Shown here piece after piece: positions 16,910-26,892 of a stretch of DNA of 50,198 bases; the stretch's first letter is position 1, and each line of letters starts with the position of its first letter. This stretch comes from Gemmatimonadota bacterium (lineage in GTDB: Bacteria > Gemmatimonadota > Gemmatimonadetes > Gemmatimonadales > GWC2-71-9): positions 1-50,198 of the forward strand of contig JBDHKN010000021.1 in the NCBI GenBank assembly GCA_039586365.1, read 5' to 3'. Under the pieces are notes generated by a model, which had not been told where the DNA came from, did no database searches, and saw nothing but the letters and a program-made list of their open reading frames with translations. Made by a program: the position numbers and the translations under genes.

Positions 16910-18214
16910 CTACGGGCGTGGACGTGCCCGGTACCTCTCGTACAACTCCAAGTGCTTGTTCATCTTGTCAGCAATCACCCCATTGATGATAAGCTGTAGA
17001 ATCTGTGTCTTGATCTCCAACGGGTCGCCGTCGGTCACAATCAGATTGGCGATCTTGCCGGTCTCGATTGTGCCCAAGCGATCCCCGACTCCGAGGATCT
17101 CAGCCGGATTGATCGTGACAGCCTTGAGAGCTTCCTCGCGTGGAAGTCCGAAGGATACCGCACTACCGGCCTCGTAGGGCAAGTTGCGTGAAGCTGAGGC
17201 ATTGAATGTTCCGAAGCCAATCTTGACTCCCGCGGCATGGAGCTGTCCGGGTAGGGCATACATCCGGTCGTAGCCCCAATCCTCCCCTCCGGGCAACGAC
17301 TGGGTCGGGCCCAGGATCACCGGCACCTCCTCCGCCACCAGACGATCGGCGACCTTCCATGCCTGCGAACCACTCAATATGACTACACGCACGTTATTCC
17401 GTTTGGCAAAGTCGAGAGCGGCATTGATGTCCCGCTCGGAATCGGCTGATACGAGAAAAGGAAGTTCCCCGTCGAGCACCTTGCCCAGTGCCTCGAGCTT
17501 GAGATCCCGCTCCACGTCGGTTCCGGCATCTAGCGACCCCTCATACTGGCGTGCGCCCTCGAGCCACTCGTCAAGTTCACTGACCTTCTCGTCGTACGCT
17601 TTCTTGGCATCACTGTAGCTACTTTCGGACACCGACCCGGTGGCAAAATTGCGCCGGCGGGTTTGAATGGTGGGCCAATTGAGCACTACCCCAACCGACC
17701 GTTCAATCACCATCTCTTCCACGGTCCAACCGTCGAGATGTATCAGTGAGCCCTGCCCGCTGATTACGCCTCCCCCACGTCCACCGGGCATGGAGACCGT
17801 GTGTGTTATCCCATTGGCTCGCGCCACCGGAATGTGCTCACTCGCCGGGTGCACCGCGGTCATAGCCAAGAGATGCGGGTTGTAGGCTCCCAACTCGGTC
17901 ATGTCGTTGGTGACATCTACCGCGCCGACCTCGGTAAGACCCAGCTGGCTCATGGCGTCGAATAGGCCTGGGTAGACATGCAGTCCCGTGGCATCGATGA
18001 CCTGAGCCCCAGTCGGAACCGACACGTCTCTGCCCACCTCCGCTATCAATCCATTCGCAATGAGGACGGTGCCACCCTCCATCTGTGCTCCAGCCAAGGT
18101 ATGCACAGTGCCCCCTCGAATGGCGAGGGCGGGAGCATGAGTTTGTGCAGCTAGCGACACACCGCTGGCCAATGCAGCGACAAGGAACCCTGTGAGAATC
18201 CGTGCGGCTTTCAT
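16910..18214 (-). CDS. Secreted amidohydrolase-family protein with a degenerate metal site
   Basis: Signal peptide; IDATGLHVYPGLFDAMS lacks HxH; TINPAEILG and GTIETGKIANLIV. Confidence 0.85.
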   Translation of the reverse strand: MKAARILTGFLVAALASGVSLAAQTHAPALAIRGGTVHTLAGAQMEGGTVLIANGLIAEVGRDVSVPTGAQVIDATGLHVYPGLFDAMSQLGLTEVGAVDVTNDMTELGAYNPHLLAMTAVHPASEHIPVARANGITHTVSMPGGRGGGVISGQGSLIHLDGWTVEEMVIERSVGVVLNWPTIQTRRRNFATGSVSESSYSDAKKAYDEKVSELDEWLEGARQYEGSLDAGTDVERDLKLEALGKVLDGELPFLVSADSERDINAALDFAKRNNVRVVILSGSQAWKVADRLVAEEVPVILGPTQSLPGGEDWGYDRMYALPGQLHAAGVKIGFGTFNASASRNLPYEAGSAVSFGLPREEALKAVTINPAEILGVGDRLGTIETGKIANLIVTDGDPLEIKTQILQLIINGVIADKMNKHLELYERYRARPRP

Positions 18215-20961
18215 GGGAGCACCTCCTCTCCAGCAGCGTCGGTGGTGACTCTGGGTCGTTCCGGCTTCTTCCCTCTCTCTTTTTCGAGCAAGGCTCGTTT
18301 CTCCTGCTCTAGGGCCTGACGCCGTGCCAGATCATGCTCGCGGTCGAAATAGACCTGACCGTCGATCAGCGTCTTCTCGACTACGGAATAGACGCTCAAG
18401 GGATGGTTGGTGAATATTGCCAGGTCGGCGTCCTTGCCGACCTCAATCGATCCTACACGGTCAGATATCCCCAACATGATGGCGGGATTGATAGTAACCA
18501 GCTTCAGCGCATCCTCCTCGGACATGCCGCCCCACTTCATCGCCTTGGCAGCTTCCTGGTTCAGGTGCCGCATCTCTTCATCGCTGTCCGAGTTGATGCA
18601 GGTCAGCGCGCCGCGCTCGGTCAACAGCGCTGCATTGTAGGGGATGGCATCGTACGCTTCCATTTTGTACGACCACCAATCCGAGAAGGTCGACGCACCC
18701 GCACCGTGTGCTGCGATCTCGTCCGCGACCTTGTATCCTTCCAGCACGTGTATCAACGAGGAAATTCGGAAACCGAACTCCTCCGCCAACCGAATCATCT
18801 GGAGCGTCTCATCTGCCCTGTAGGTGTGGATATTGGTCAAGATCATACCATCCAGGACTCCTGCTATCGTTTCCAGCTTGAGATCGCGCCGTGGCGGTAT
18901 GACGCTACGACGCTCGCGCTCGCTCAGCTGTTCGTATTCCTGCCATTCCTGCCGATATGCCTGCGCCTCGAGCAGTGCCTGCCGGATGACGTCCATCACA
19001 CCCATCCTTGTGGCTGGATAGCGGTCAGGCTCACGGTCGCGTTTGACGTTTTCTCCGAGAGCTAGCTTGAGACCCGGTGGGGCCCCTTCGAACAGCAATC
19101 CGTCAGCGTCTTCGCCCCACCGCAGCTTGATCATGGCCTTCTGACCACCGATTGGGTTTGCACTGCCGTGCAGTATGCTGACGGAAGTCACGCCCCCTGC
19201 GGCAGCGCGGTAGATGGCGATATCGTCTGGATTCAAGACATCCTTGATGTCCACCATCGCCGACACCGCGATACTCCCCTCGTTGGTCGCGTCCGAGGCA
19301 ATGTGGGAGTGCTCGTCGATGATACCCGGCGTCACGTACTTGCCAGTTGCATCAATTACCTGAGCGTCACCTGGTACATCGATGTCGGTACCGATCGCTG
19401 CGATCTTGCCGTCACGGATCAGGATCGAACCGTTTTCCACTGTGCCTTGTGTGACCGTGAGAATAGTGGCGTTCTGAATCACCGCTACTCGTGAGGTGGT
19501 GATAGGTCCGCGATCTTCAACCATGGGTACGGGCGGTTCGAAGGTTTCCTGCTCTGCTGCCTCCGCTTCGGCCTCTGCATCCTCTGCCCGTTCCCGAGCC
19601 ATCGTTGCTTCAGCCGGCTCGAACTTCTTGCCATCGATGAATACCATCTTGATCTTGGTCTCCGCATCGAACAGATCACCGTCGGTCACTACCACATTGG
19701 CGATCTTGCCGACGTCAATACTCCCTAGCCGATCCGACACGCCGAAGATCTCGGCAGGTCCGAGTGTGAAAGCTCGAACCGCAGCCTGAGGCGAGAGGCC
19801 CAGGGCAATCGATTTACGCACATTTGCCAACAGCTTGTCGGGCTCGGCCCCACCAGAGTAGAAAGCAAACCGCACACCCGATTTCTCGAACTCGGCCGGG
19901 GTCGTGGGTGCGCGATCGCGGAAGCGCAACTCACGGAGCGATGGCTCCGCGTCCGGGTCTCCGTCCTTCGGTGGCTCCGGCCAATTCGCGTTCAACAGGA
20001 CAGGAATGTTCTTCTCAGCCAGTTCGTCAGCGATCTGGTAGCCTTGGTGCGCCCCATAGATGAGGGTATTGACGCCCATCTCCCCACCGATCTTCACTGC
20101 CCGCTGCACCTCGTATGCCCAACCTCCCGGAAGCATTACGTAACTCCGGTTGTTGAGTGCATCGCGGAGCGGCTCCATGGTTCTGTCGTATTCCGGGCGC
20201 ACCTGACCGGTCGGCGAGCTTTCGTAGATGGTCCAAGCCTGATCGTAGTGAGCCGCGTCCAGGAAAGACTGCCTCACGTACGCAATGGCGCCGAACAGCG
20301 AGTTGGGGAATCCTCTATGTCCGGGGCCTGCTGAGAAATTGACGCGCAGGGCTACCGGTGTCTTCACCACCATGTCGCGCGGCCTCTCACCAGCAAGGTT
20401 GATGAACGTCACCTGTCCAGGGAACAGACCGAGTTCTGGGGTGGCAACCACGGACGTGAAGCCGGCATCCCGCCACTTGGCGATGCCGTCGTCCTCCAAG
20501 TTGAGTTCGTCTGCGGCACTCAGCCAGGTGAATGTGGCCGGGCGATCCTCAGGGCCCCAGGAGTACGGCGCCTGCTCCTGGCCGGCCTGACCGCCGCCAA
20601 CCCTGGCACGATCTTGAGGCACCCGCCTGGAAGTTGGGACACCGACAGTCGACATGGCGTCAACCAATCCCGGATACACCGTGAGTCCTTCACCTTCAAT
20701 CACCCAGGCTCCCCTGGGGATTGCAATGTTGCTCCCGACGGCGGTGATCAGACCGTTCTCCAGTACTACGGTTCCGCGGTCGATTGCCTGACCGGAGACC
20801 GTGACGATCCGGGCGTTCCGGATCGCAAAATGGGGCGGTAGCGTCGGCCCCTGAGCCTCACCCGGCCTGGGAGATGCGATTAACCCAACGCAAATCCCAA
20901 GCAGTGCGAGGCCAAGGCGGCTTCGCGATGCTACCTTTCGCTCACGCACATGACTCTGCAT
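18211..20961 (-). CDS. Secreted tandem two-domain amidohydrolase-family protein
   Basis: Signal peptide. The N-domain has PGLVDAMS (no HxH). The C-domain has PGIIDEHSH, KLALGENVK, HTYRADE, HVLEGYK and INSD. GAGGAG RBS. Confidence 0.88.
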   Translation of the reverse strand: MQSHVRERKVASRSRLGLALLGICVGLIASPRPGEAQGPTLPPHFAIRNARIVTVSGQAIDRGTVVLENGLITAVGSNIAIPRGAWVIEGEGLTVYPGLVDAMSTVGVPTSRRVPQDRARVGGGQAGQEQAPYSWGPEDRPATFTWLSAADELNLEDDGIAKWRDAGFTSVVATPELGLFPGQVTFINLAGERPRDMVVKTPVALRVNFSAGPGHRGFPNSLFGAIAYVRQSFLDAAHYDQAWTIYESSPTGQVRPEYDRTMEPLRDALNNRSYVMLPGGWAYEVQRAVKIGGEMGVNTLIYGAHQGYQIADELAEKNIPVLLNANWPEPPKDGDPDAEPSLRELRFRDRAPTTPAEFEKSGVRFAFYSGGAEPDKLLANVRKSIALGLSPQAAVRAFTLGPAEIFGVSDRLGSIDVGKIANVVVTDGDLFDAETKIKMVFIDGKKFEPAEATMARERAEDAEAEAEAAEQETFEPPVPMVEDRGPITTSRVAVIQNATILTVTQGTVENGSILIRDGKIAAIGTDIDVPGDAQVIDATGKYVTPGIIDEHSHIASDATNEGSIAVSAMVDIKDVLNPDDIAIYRAAAGGVTSVSILHGSANPIGGQKAMIKLRWGEDADGLLFEGAPPGLKLALGENVKRDREPDRYPATRMGVMDVIRQALLEAQAYRQEWQEYEQLSERERRSVIPPRRDLKLETIAGVLDGMILTNIHTYRADETLQMIRLAEEFGFRISSLIHVLEGYKVADEIAAHGAGASTFSDWWSYKMEAYDAIPYNAALLTERGALTCINSDSDEEMRHLNQEAAKAMKWGGMSEEDALKLVTINPAIMLGISDRVGSIEVGKDADLAIFTNHPLSVYSVVEKTLIDGQVYFDREHDLARRQALEQEKRALLEKERGKKPERPRVTTDAAGEEVLP

Positions 20962-21229
20962 GACCTCTCCTCAGTAATCAGGTGATTAGCAAACTGGTCA
21001 GAAACAGAAACGGAATACAGGGATACGTCCGTTCCCGCTCGAAGAATACGCGCGAGCCTAGAGGTTCGCCAGGAAGAGCGTGGCATCCTCGTATCACCAC
21101 ACGATTACCTGCGCGGCTGGGCCGCAGGAACCGATTTCGCCCTTGCTACGCTGGGTGCACAGCGAGCGCACCGCCCACGGTAGTATCTTGATGAGAACCC
21201 CACTGCAACCTGAGCAAAGGTACGGCGAC

Positions 21230-21772
21230 ATGAACCGCTCCGGATGGCTGTCTGTGCTCCCCCTTGTGTTCCTGATCTCCTTCTCGAAAGCCAACCTCAC
21301 GGGGCAAACGTCTGCGGCATCACAGGATGACGCACTGAGAACGGCCGAGGGCACAATCAGAGAACTCTATAGTCTGGTCACCTTTGACGAGGGGACCACG
21401 CCAGATTGGGACCGGGTGAGGTCATTGTTTCTCGCTGAGGCCGTGGTTGTGCTGCGCACGAGTCGAGAGACCTCGACGGTGTTCTCGGTAGACGGCTTCA
21501 TCGCTGATTTCGTCCGTTTCATTGAGCAGTCCAACGTCGAGCAGACAGGATTTCAGGAAAGTGTCGTCCGTACCAGCTCGTTGGTCTTCAGGGATCTAGC
21601 GCATGTCCTTGTGCTGTACGAGGCGAGCATACCGGGATCCGAACGGGCGCCGCAGCAAGGCGTGGACAGCTTTCAACTCATTCAGAAGGACGGTCGTTGG
21701 TGGATCGTTTCAATCACCAACGATCTCCCGACCCGCGATCATCCAGTACCGGAGGAGTTGCGCGGACTGTGA
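21230..21772 (+). CDS. Exported NTF2/SnoaL-like fold hypothetical protein
   Basis: Signal peptide; PDWDRVRSLF, GFQE and GVDSFQLIQKDGRWWIVSI. Start uncertain (ATG 21230 or 21191). Confidence 0.7.
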   Translation: MNRSGWLSVLPLVFLISFSKANLTGQTSAASQDDALRTAEGTIRELYSLVTFDEGTTPDWDRVRSLFLAEAVVVLRTSRETSTVFSVDGFIADFVRFIEQSNVEQTGFQESVVRTSSLVFRDLAHVLVLYEASIPGSERAPQQGVDSFQLIQKDGRWWIVSITNDLPTRDHPVPEELRGL

Positions 21773-21788
21773 GGAACGGTGACCGCCG

Positions 21789-22556
21789 GTGAAGGTACGC
21801 GGGGAATCACAGGCCAAGCGAGTGTCGCTGCTGAGTTACGCCTTGAGGGTAGGAGCCATCCTGCTAGCTGCAATCCTGGGGTGGTTGGTCTACGAGTGGC
21901 TCACATGGCCTGATGTTCCATCTCTTGCGTCCGAGAATCCGAAATCCACCGCGTTCATTGAACGGTACCGGACGCGGGCCAGCGCAGATCCCTCGCTACC
22001 TGCACTCCAGTGGCAGTGGGCGGACTACGCCGAGATCTCAGTGCACGTGAAGCGAGCGGCGGTTGTGGCCGAGGACATCGAGTTCTTCTCACACTCGGGA
22101 TTCTCGCGGGCTGAGATTGCGGCAGCCGTCCGGGAGGCCTTCAAAGAACGTGAGGCCCCGCGCGGAGCGTCAACCATAACCCAGCAGACGGCCAAGAACC
22201 TGTGGCTATCTCCATCCCGCAATCTCCTGCGCAAGGTGAAAGAGGCGATCCTCACCAGACAACTCGAGCGCTGGCTCACCAAGCAGCGCATTCTGGAGAT
22301 CTACCTCAATGTGGCCGAGTTCGGACCAGGCATTTTCGGTGTGGAGACCGCAGCACGTCATTACTTCGGCATACCGGCCGGTGAACTGGACCAACGAGAG
22401 GCAGCTCTGTTAGCTGCCAGCCTGCCGCGCCCGGCGACGTGGAATCCCGGTAGCGACAGTCCCTACTACCTGGCGTACGCAGAAGAGATCGCGCGCCGCA
22501 TGGATATGGCCGACTTCCTATGGAAGTACGTCATGTCACCGGAAACCGCCCAATGA
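21789..22556 (+). CDS. mtgA: Monofunctional peptidoglycan transglycosylase (GT51)
   Basis: N-terminal TM segment; AEDIEFFSHSG, RGASTITQQTAKNL, RKVKE, KQRILEIYLN and LAASLPRP. Confidence 0.92.
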   Translation: MKVRGESQAKRVSLLSYALRVGAILLAAILGWLVYEWLTWPDVPSLASENPKSTAFIERYRTRASADPSLPALQWQWADYAEISVHVKRAAVVAEDIEFFSHSGFSRAEIAAAVREAFKEREAPRGASTITQQTAKNLWLSPSRNLLRKVKEAILTRQLERWLTKQRILEIYLNVAEFGPGIFGVETAARHYFGIPAGELDQREAALLAASLPRPATWNPGSDSPYYLAYAEEIARRMDMADFLWKYVMSPETAQ

Positions 22557-23614
22557 CCGTGCAGACGACACACGCGATCATGATCGAACGTCACGGCCCA
22601 CCTGAAGTGCTGGTGCGGAGACAACTGACTCTGAGCGCTCCCGGCTCTAACGCAGTACAGCTACGGGTCCGGGCAGCCGGTGTCAATTTCGCCGACCTAC
22701 TCATGCGGGCAGGGCTCTACGACACCGTTCCTGCCCGCCCATACAGCCCGGGTTTCGAGGTTGCCGGCGAAGTGGTCCGTGTTGGCTCTGAGGTCGACGG
22801 CTGGAAGGAGGGAGATCGGGCAGTTGCTTTGCTCCGCTACGGTGGCTACGCACGCGACGTGCTGGTGCCGGTTGAACAGCTTTTCCGATACCCTGAGTCA
22901 CTCTCTCCCACAGAGGCCGCTGCGATCCCTGTTGTCTTTCTCACCGCCTGGGTTTGCCTTTTCGACGCTGGTAACGCCAGGGCGGGCGAAACCACTCTCA
23001 TACTTGGTGCGGGTGGGGGTGTCGGAACAGCGGCGGTGCAGCTGGCCGTGGGAAGGGGACTGACAGTCATCGGCACGGCAGGTAGTCCCTTGAAGCGACG
23101 GTTCGTCACCGACGAACTGGGGGCCGAGGCTTGTTTTGACTCCCGCGCCAACTGGGCACCGGAGGTGCTCCGGCTCGTTGGCGCACGGGGTGTCGATGTA
23201 GCCCTCGACTCAGTCGGCGGCGCCGCGACGGCGGCGTGTCGCCGGCTGCTGGCTCCCTTGGGCCGTCTGGTTGTCTACGGACTGAGTGAAGCTCTGCCAC
23301 GGCAGAACCGTAGTTGGACCCGCGCCGCGTTGGCATGGTTACGTATGCCCTTCATTCACCCACTCTCCCTAGTCCAGCGGAACGTAGGCGTGTTCGGCGT
23401 ACACTTGCTCCACCTGCAGGCCAAGGAGAGTTTGGTCCTCCGGCCGGCCCTGGAGGAGATCTATCGTGCGGTCGTGGCGGGAGAATTGCGACCCGTGGTG
23501 GACCATGTCTTTCCGTTTGATCGAGAGGGCGCGGTCGATGCTCACCGTTACATTCACGCGCGACGCAACCTTGGGAAGGTGGTATTGGCAGACCCAACTA
23601 CGGCGCACCGATAG
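22553..23614 (+). CDS. MDR-family quinone oxidoreductase (VAT-1-like)
   Basis: GVNFADL, PGFEVAG, GAGGGVG and RRNLGKVVL; ATGA overlap with mtgA. Confidence 0.87.
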   Translation: MTVQTTHAIMIERHGPPEVLVRRQLTLSAPGSNAVQLRVRAAGVNFADLLMRAGLYDTVPARPYSPGFEVAGEVVRVGSEVDGWKEGDRAVALLRYGGYARDVLVPVEQLFRYPESLSPTEAAAIPVVFLTAWVCLFDAGNARAGETTLILGAGGGVGTAAVQLAVGRGLTVIGTAGSPLKRRFVTDELGAEACFDSRANWAPEVLRLVGARGVDVALDSVGGAATAACRRLLAPLGRLVVYGLSEALPRQNRSWTRAALAWLRMPFIHPLSLVQRNVGVFGVHLLHLQAKESLVLRPALEEIYRAVVAGELRPVVDHVFPFDREGAVDAHRYIHARRNLGKVVLADPTTAHR

Positions 23615-23662
23615 AACTCCTCACTCTCCGTAGGACAGCAGTGCCCCTTACATTACACACCT

Positions 23663-25045
23663 ATGGAACTCAGCGTCTTCGACCTGTTCAAGATCGGCAT
23701 CGGCCCATCCAGCTCTCACACCGTGGGGCCCATGAAAGCCGCGCTCCGTTTCGCGGAGATGCTCAAATCGAGCAAGGGCTTTGATCTGATCAAACGGGTA
23801 CGTTGCGATCTGTACGGATCGTTGGCTCTAACAGGTCGTGGGCATGCCACCGATACAGCAATCATCCTCGGGCTCTCGGGGGAGCACCCGGAGACGGTGG
23901 ACCCTGCCAGCGTGGATGCCCTTGCAGGCGTAGTGCGCAATGAAGCAACGCTGAGGCTCTTGGGACATCACCCGGTCCGGTTTCGCACGTCTGAGGACGT
24001 GTTGTTCCACCACAGTTATTCGCTGCCTCTCCATCCCAACGGTCTTCGGTTGACTGCTCTTTCCGAGAACGGCGACACTGTCTGCAGCGAGGAGTTCTAC
24101 TCGGTTGGCGGTGGATTCGTCCTCACTGCTGGCGAGGCTGAAGCTGGCATGACCGGTGGCAGCAAACCAGCACGACCATTGCCCTACCCATTCGCATCTG
24201 CTGCCGAGCTCCTCACCCTGGGACAGCAACACGGGCTCTCCATTGCCGAGCTACTCCTAGCCAACGAGGGATCGTGGCGCCCTCGGCTAGAAACGGAGGG
24301 CGGCCTGGACCACATCTGGTCGGTGATGGAGCAGTGCATCGAGCGGGGGTGTGCCGCTGAGGGCGAGCTTCCCGGTGGATTGCGGGTGCGGCGGCGCGCG
24401 CCTAAGCTCTTCCAGCATCTCGGCCAGCGCACTCGAACGGACGATCCCATGACGCTCTTGGACTGGGTGAGTCTCTTTGCCCTGGCTGTGAACGAGGAGA
24501 ACGCCACGGGAGGCCGCGTAGTCACGGCTCCCACCAACGGTGCTGCCGGCGTGATTCCAGCGGTCGGTGCGTACTACGTCCGCTTCATGCCCGGCGCAAG
24601 CCAAGAAGGCATTCGCACCTTCCTGCTCACGGCCGCAGCCATCGGAATGCTATACAAGCGAAACGCATCGCTCTCAGCAGCCGAGATGGGCTGCCAGGGG
24701 GAGGTGGGCGTAGCGTGCTCAATGGCCGCTGCGGGTCTGGCCGCCGTCATGGGAGGGACCAACGAACAGGTGGAGGAAGCCGCCGAAATAGGCATGGAGC
24801 ACAACCTGGGACTAACCTGCGATCCAGTGGCTGGCCTCGTGCAGGTACCGTGCATCGAACGAAACACCATGGGGGCGGCCAAGGCAGTGAATGCTGCACG
24901 CCTCGCCGTGCTCTACGGAGATGGCGTACACCATGTACCGCTGGATCGTGTGATCGAGACCATGCGCCAGACTGGACTCGATATGCAGGACAAGTACAAG
25001 GAGACTTCCCGGGGCGGCCTATCGGTAAACGTCATCGATTGCTGA
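23663..25045 (+). CDS. sdaA: L-serine ammonia-lyase, Fe-S dependent, single chain
   Basis: GIGPSSSHTVGPM, YSVGGGF, VTAPTNGAAG, GCQGEVG, EHNLGLTCDP, PCIERN and KYKETS. Confidence 0.96.
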   Translation: MELSVFDLFKIGIGPSSSHTVGPMKAALRFAEMLKSSKGFDLIKRVRCDLYGSLALTGRGHATDTAIILGLSGEHPETVDPASVDALAGVVRNEATLRLLGHHPVRFRTSEDVLFHHSYSLPLHPNGLRLTALSENGDTVCSEEFYSVGGGFVLTAGEAEAGMTGGSKPARPLPYPFASAAELLTLGQQHGLSIAELLLANEGSWRPRLETEGGLDHIWSVMEQCIERGCAAEGELPGGLRVRRRAPKLFQHLGQRTRTDDPMTLLDWVSLFALAVNEENATGGRVVTAPTNGAAGVIPAVGAYYVRFMPGASQEGIRTFLLTAAAIGMLYKRNASLSAAEMGCQGEVGVACSMAAAGLAAVMGGTNEQVEEAAEIGMEHNLGLTCDPVAGLVQVPCIERNTMGAAKAVNAARLAVLYGDGVHHVPLDRVIETMRQTGLDMQDKYKETSRGGLSVNVIDC

Positions 25046-25182
25046 GCGACCGCGGTTGGAGAACTGTTACAGCGACCGCACGGGTGTAGCCGCCCACTGG
25101 GCGCACCCACCTACGCCGCAGCGTACCGGCGATCCATCGCCGATAGTATCAGGATAATCTCAGGTGCCTAGCAAACCTGCGT

Positions 25183-25710
25183 TCATCCCAAGCCTAGGGC
25201 TCCTACCGTCATGCCCCCCAGCACCATCGTGATCAGTACCAGTGCAAGCCAGCCAATGAAGCACACACCTATTGCCCGCCCCGTGCTCGTGTAGTCGAGT
25301 GCTTGCCGCACTGCCACTACCATCGCCACTAGCATCCACAGTGCTGTGATCATGCCAAGCAGCCAGCCCAGGATGGGCAAGAAGCCGAAGACCCGCAGAA
25401 TACCGGGCGACGATGCAAACCCGGTCGTGCGTAATAGTTCTCCCACATCGGACTTCGTCTGCGGCTCCGGCAGGAGCTTAGTACCTATAAAGTAGGTGAC
25501 AAACGCCCAGACGAACCAACCCAGCAGCGCCGCGACCGACCCTACGACTAGCCCCCCTAGCCCATGCCCCGCACTCACGCCGGCGGCAATGCTCGAGAGG
25601 ACGACCACTCCCAGCGACTGCCCCAAGGCCGTGCTGTCTGCTTCAACTTCCTCGTAGGTGTGCGCGTCGAGTTTCGCGGCGCCTACCATCCGCTGCACAA
25701 ACGTTGCCAT
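25183..25710 (-). CDS. YIP1 family membrane protein
   Basis: 175 aa with about 5 TM segments; YEEVEAD, LLRTTGFASSPG and AVRQALDY; GGAG RBS. Confidence 0.78.
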   Translation of the reverse strand: MATFVQRMVGAAKLDAHTYEEVEADSTALGQSLGVVVLSSIAAGVSAGHGLGGLVVGSVAALLGWFVWAFVTYFIGTKLLPEPQTKSDVGELLRTTGFASSPGILRVFGFLPILGWLLGMITALWMLVAMVVAVRQALDYTSTGRAIGVCFIGWLALVLITMVLGGMTVGALGLG

Positions 25711-25818
25711 GCCTGGATCTCCTGTGTTGCCTACGTGGTGACGACTAAGCTGCTGGATATCAGCGGCAATTCAGTTCGGGGCTATAGTGCGGGCGGGATA
25801 TCGATTGCGCAAGGTGAA

Positions 25819-26886
25819 TCAACGGGTCCAGATGGCGATGACTCCGCACCCCGACTCCGCCCCACTATACTCAGCCGGGATCTGCGCGGGTCTCGTGTAG
25901 ACCTCGATGCCGGCCAGTTCTTCGGGTAGTACCAGAAAATCAAGATCAACTCCATCGAAACCATACATCAGCACGCCATCCAGGTAGATGTTCGGGCTGC
26001 CGCACGTCTCGTAGAGGCTGAATGAGCCAATGATCCGCAGGTTATTGCGACCGGACGCGTCGGGGGTCACGCTCAGTCCAGGGACCGTTCTCAACAGGTC
26101 GGTTACGAAGCGTGCTTGCCGTTGTTCGATCTGCGGTCGCGTGATATGGTGACCTATACCTGTGCGCTGGCGCCGATAGAATTCACGCATCCTCTTTCCG
26201 AGCGCATAAACCGTCCGGTCCCCCAATACGACAACCTCAGCCAACTCCACGGGTAGCGGCGTGAGGGCGACGTCAAGTTCGAGCCCTTCGCTGGCGACGT
26301 CGACTGGGAAATCACCGACGTACGGGACATAACCGATACGGCGTACCTCAATCAGGTTGCTGGCCCCCCGATACACGACCGCTTGTTCCAGCGAGAAGAT
26401 ACCGCTGTCTCCACTCAATGTTGTGGTACCGTTGATTCCAATCGCTGCCGCGTCGACCGGCAATCCGGTGGTGGCGTTGCGGACGGTACCCGACAAGTGC
26501 ATCTGGGCTGGCTGTCCTACAGCTAGAAGGACAGGCCCAAGGTCGAGATGCCCCCTATTGGCTCGCTTTACCGTGAACCCGAAGAGCCGCGGAGCGTAAC
26601 CGATCTTGAACATCATGAGTCGGTGCTCACCCATCGGCACTCCACTCAGCTGGAACTCTCCGGCGGCACTGCTGCGATCAAGAATGTTACTGCCGGCAAT
26701 GTGGATCACCGCGTCGGAGACTGGTAGCCAGGTAGCAGAGTCCAGCACCTCACCGACCAGCGTAACTGACCCCTCCCCCTCCTGAGCGCGCAGCCCCACT
26801 GCCTGCATCGGGGCCACGGTGATCAGCAGTGTCGTCAGTGAGAGACACCGGCATAGAACCGCTCGTGGGATCACGATGACTCGCAT
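25819..26886 (-). CDS. Exported protein with two carboxypeptidase-regulatory-like beta domains and a C-terminal TonB-receptor plug-like domain, no barrel
   Basis: Signal peptide; two repeats of G.V.D/N..T.LPV...IGY; DLLRTVPGL, IYLDG, GIEVY and CGVIAIWTR followed by a stop. Confidence 0.75.
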   Translation of the reverse strand: MRVIVIPRAVLCRCLSLTTLLITVAPMQAVGLRAQEGEGSVTLVGEVLDSATWLPVSDAVIHIAGSNILDRSSAAGEFQLSGVPMGEHRLMMFKIGYAPRLFGFTVKRANRGHLDLGPVLLAVGQPAQMHLSGTVRNATTGLPVDAAAIGINGTTTLSGDSGIFSLEQAVVYRGASNLIEVRRIGYVPYVGDFPVDVASEGLELDVALTPLPVELAEVVVLGDRTVYALGKRMREFYRRQRTGIGHHITRPQIEQRQARFVTDLLRTVPGLSVTPDASGRNNLRIIGSFSLYETCGSPNIYLDGVLMYGFDGVDLDFLVLPEELAGIEVYTRPAQIPAEYSGAESGCGVIAIWTR

Positions 26887-26892
26887 TTCCTG

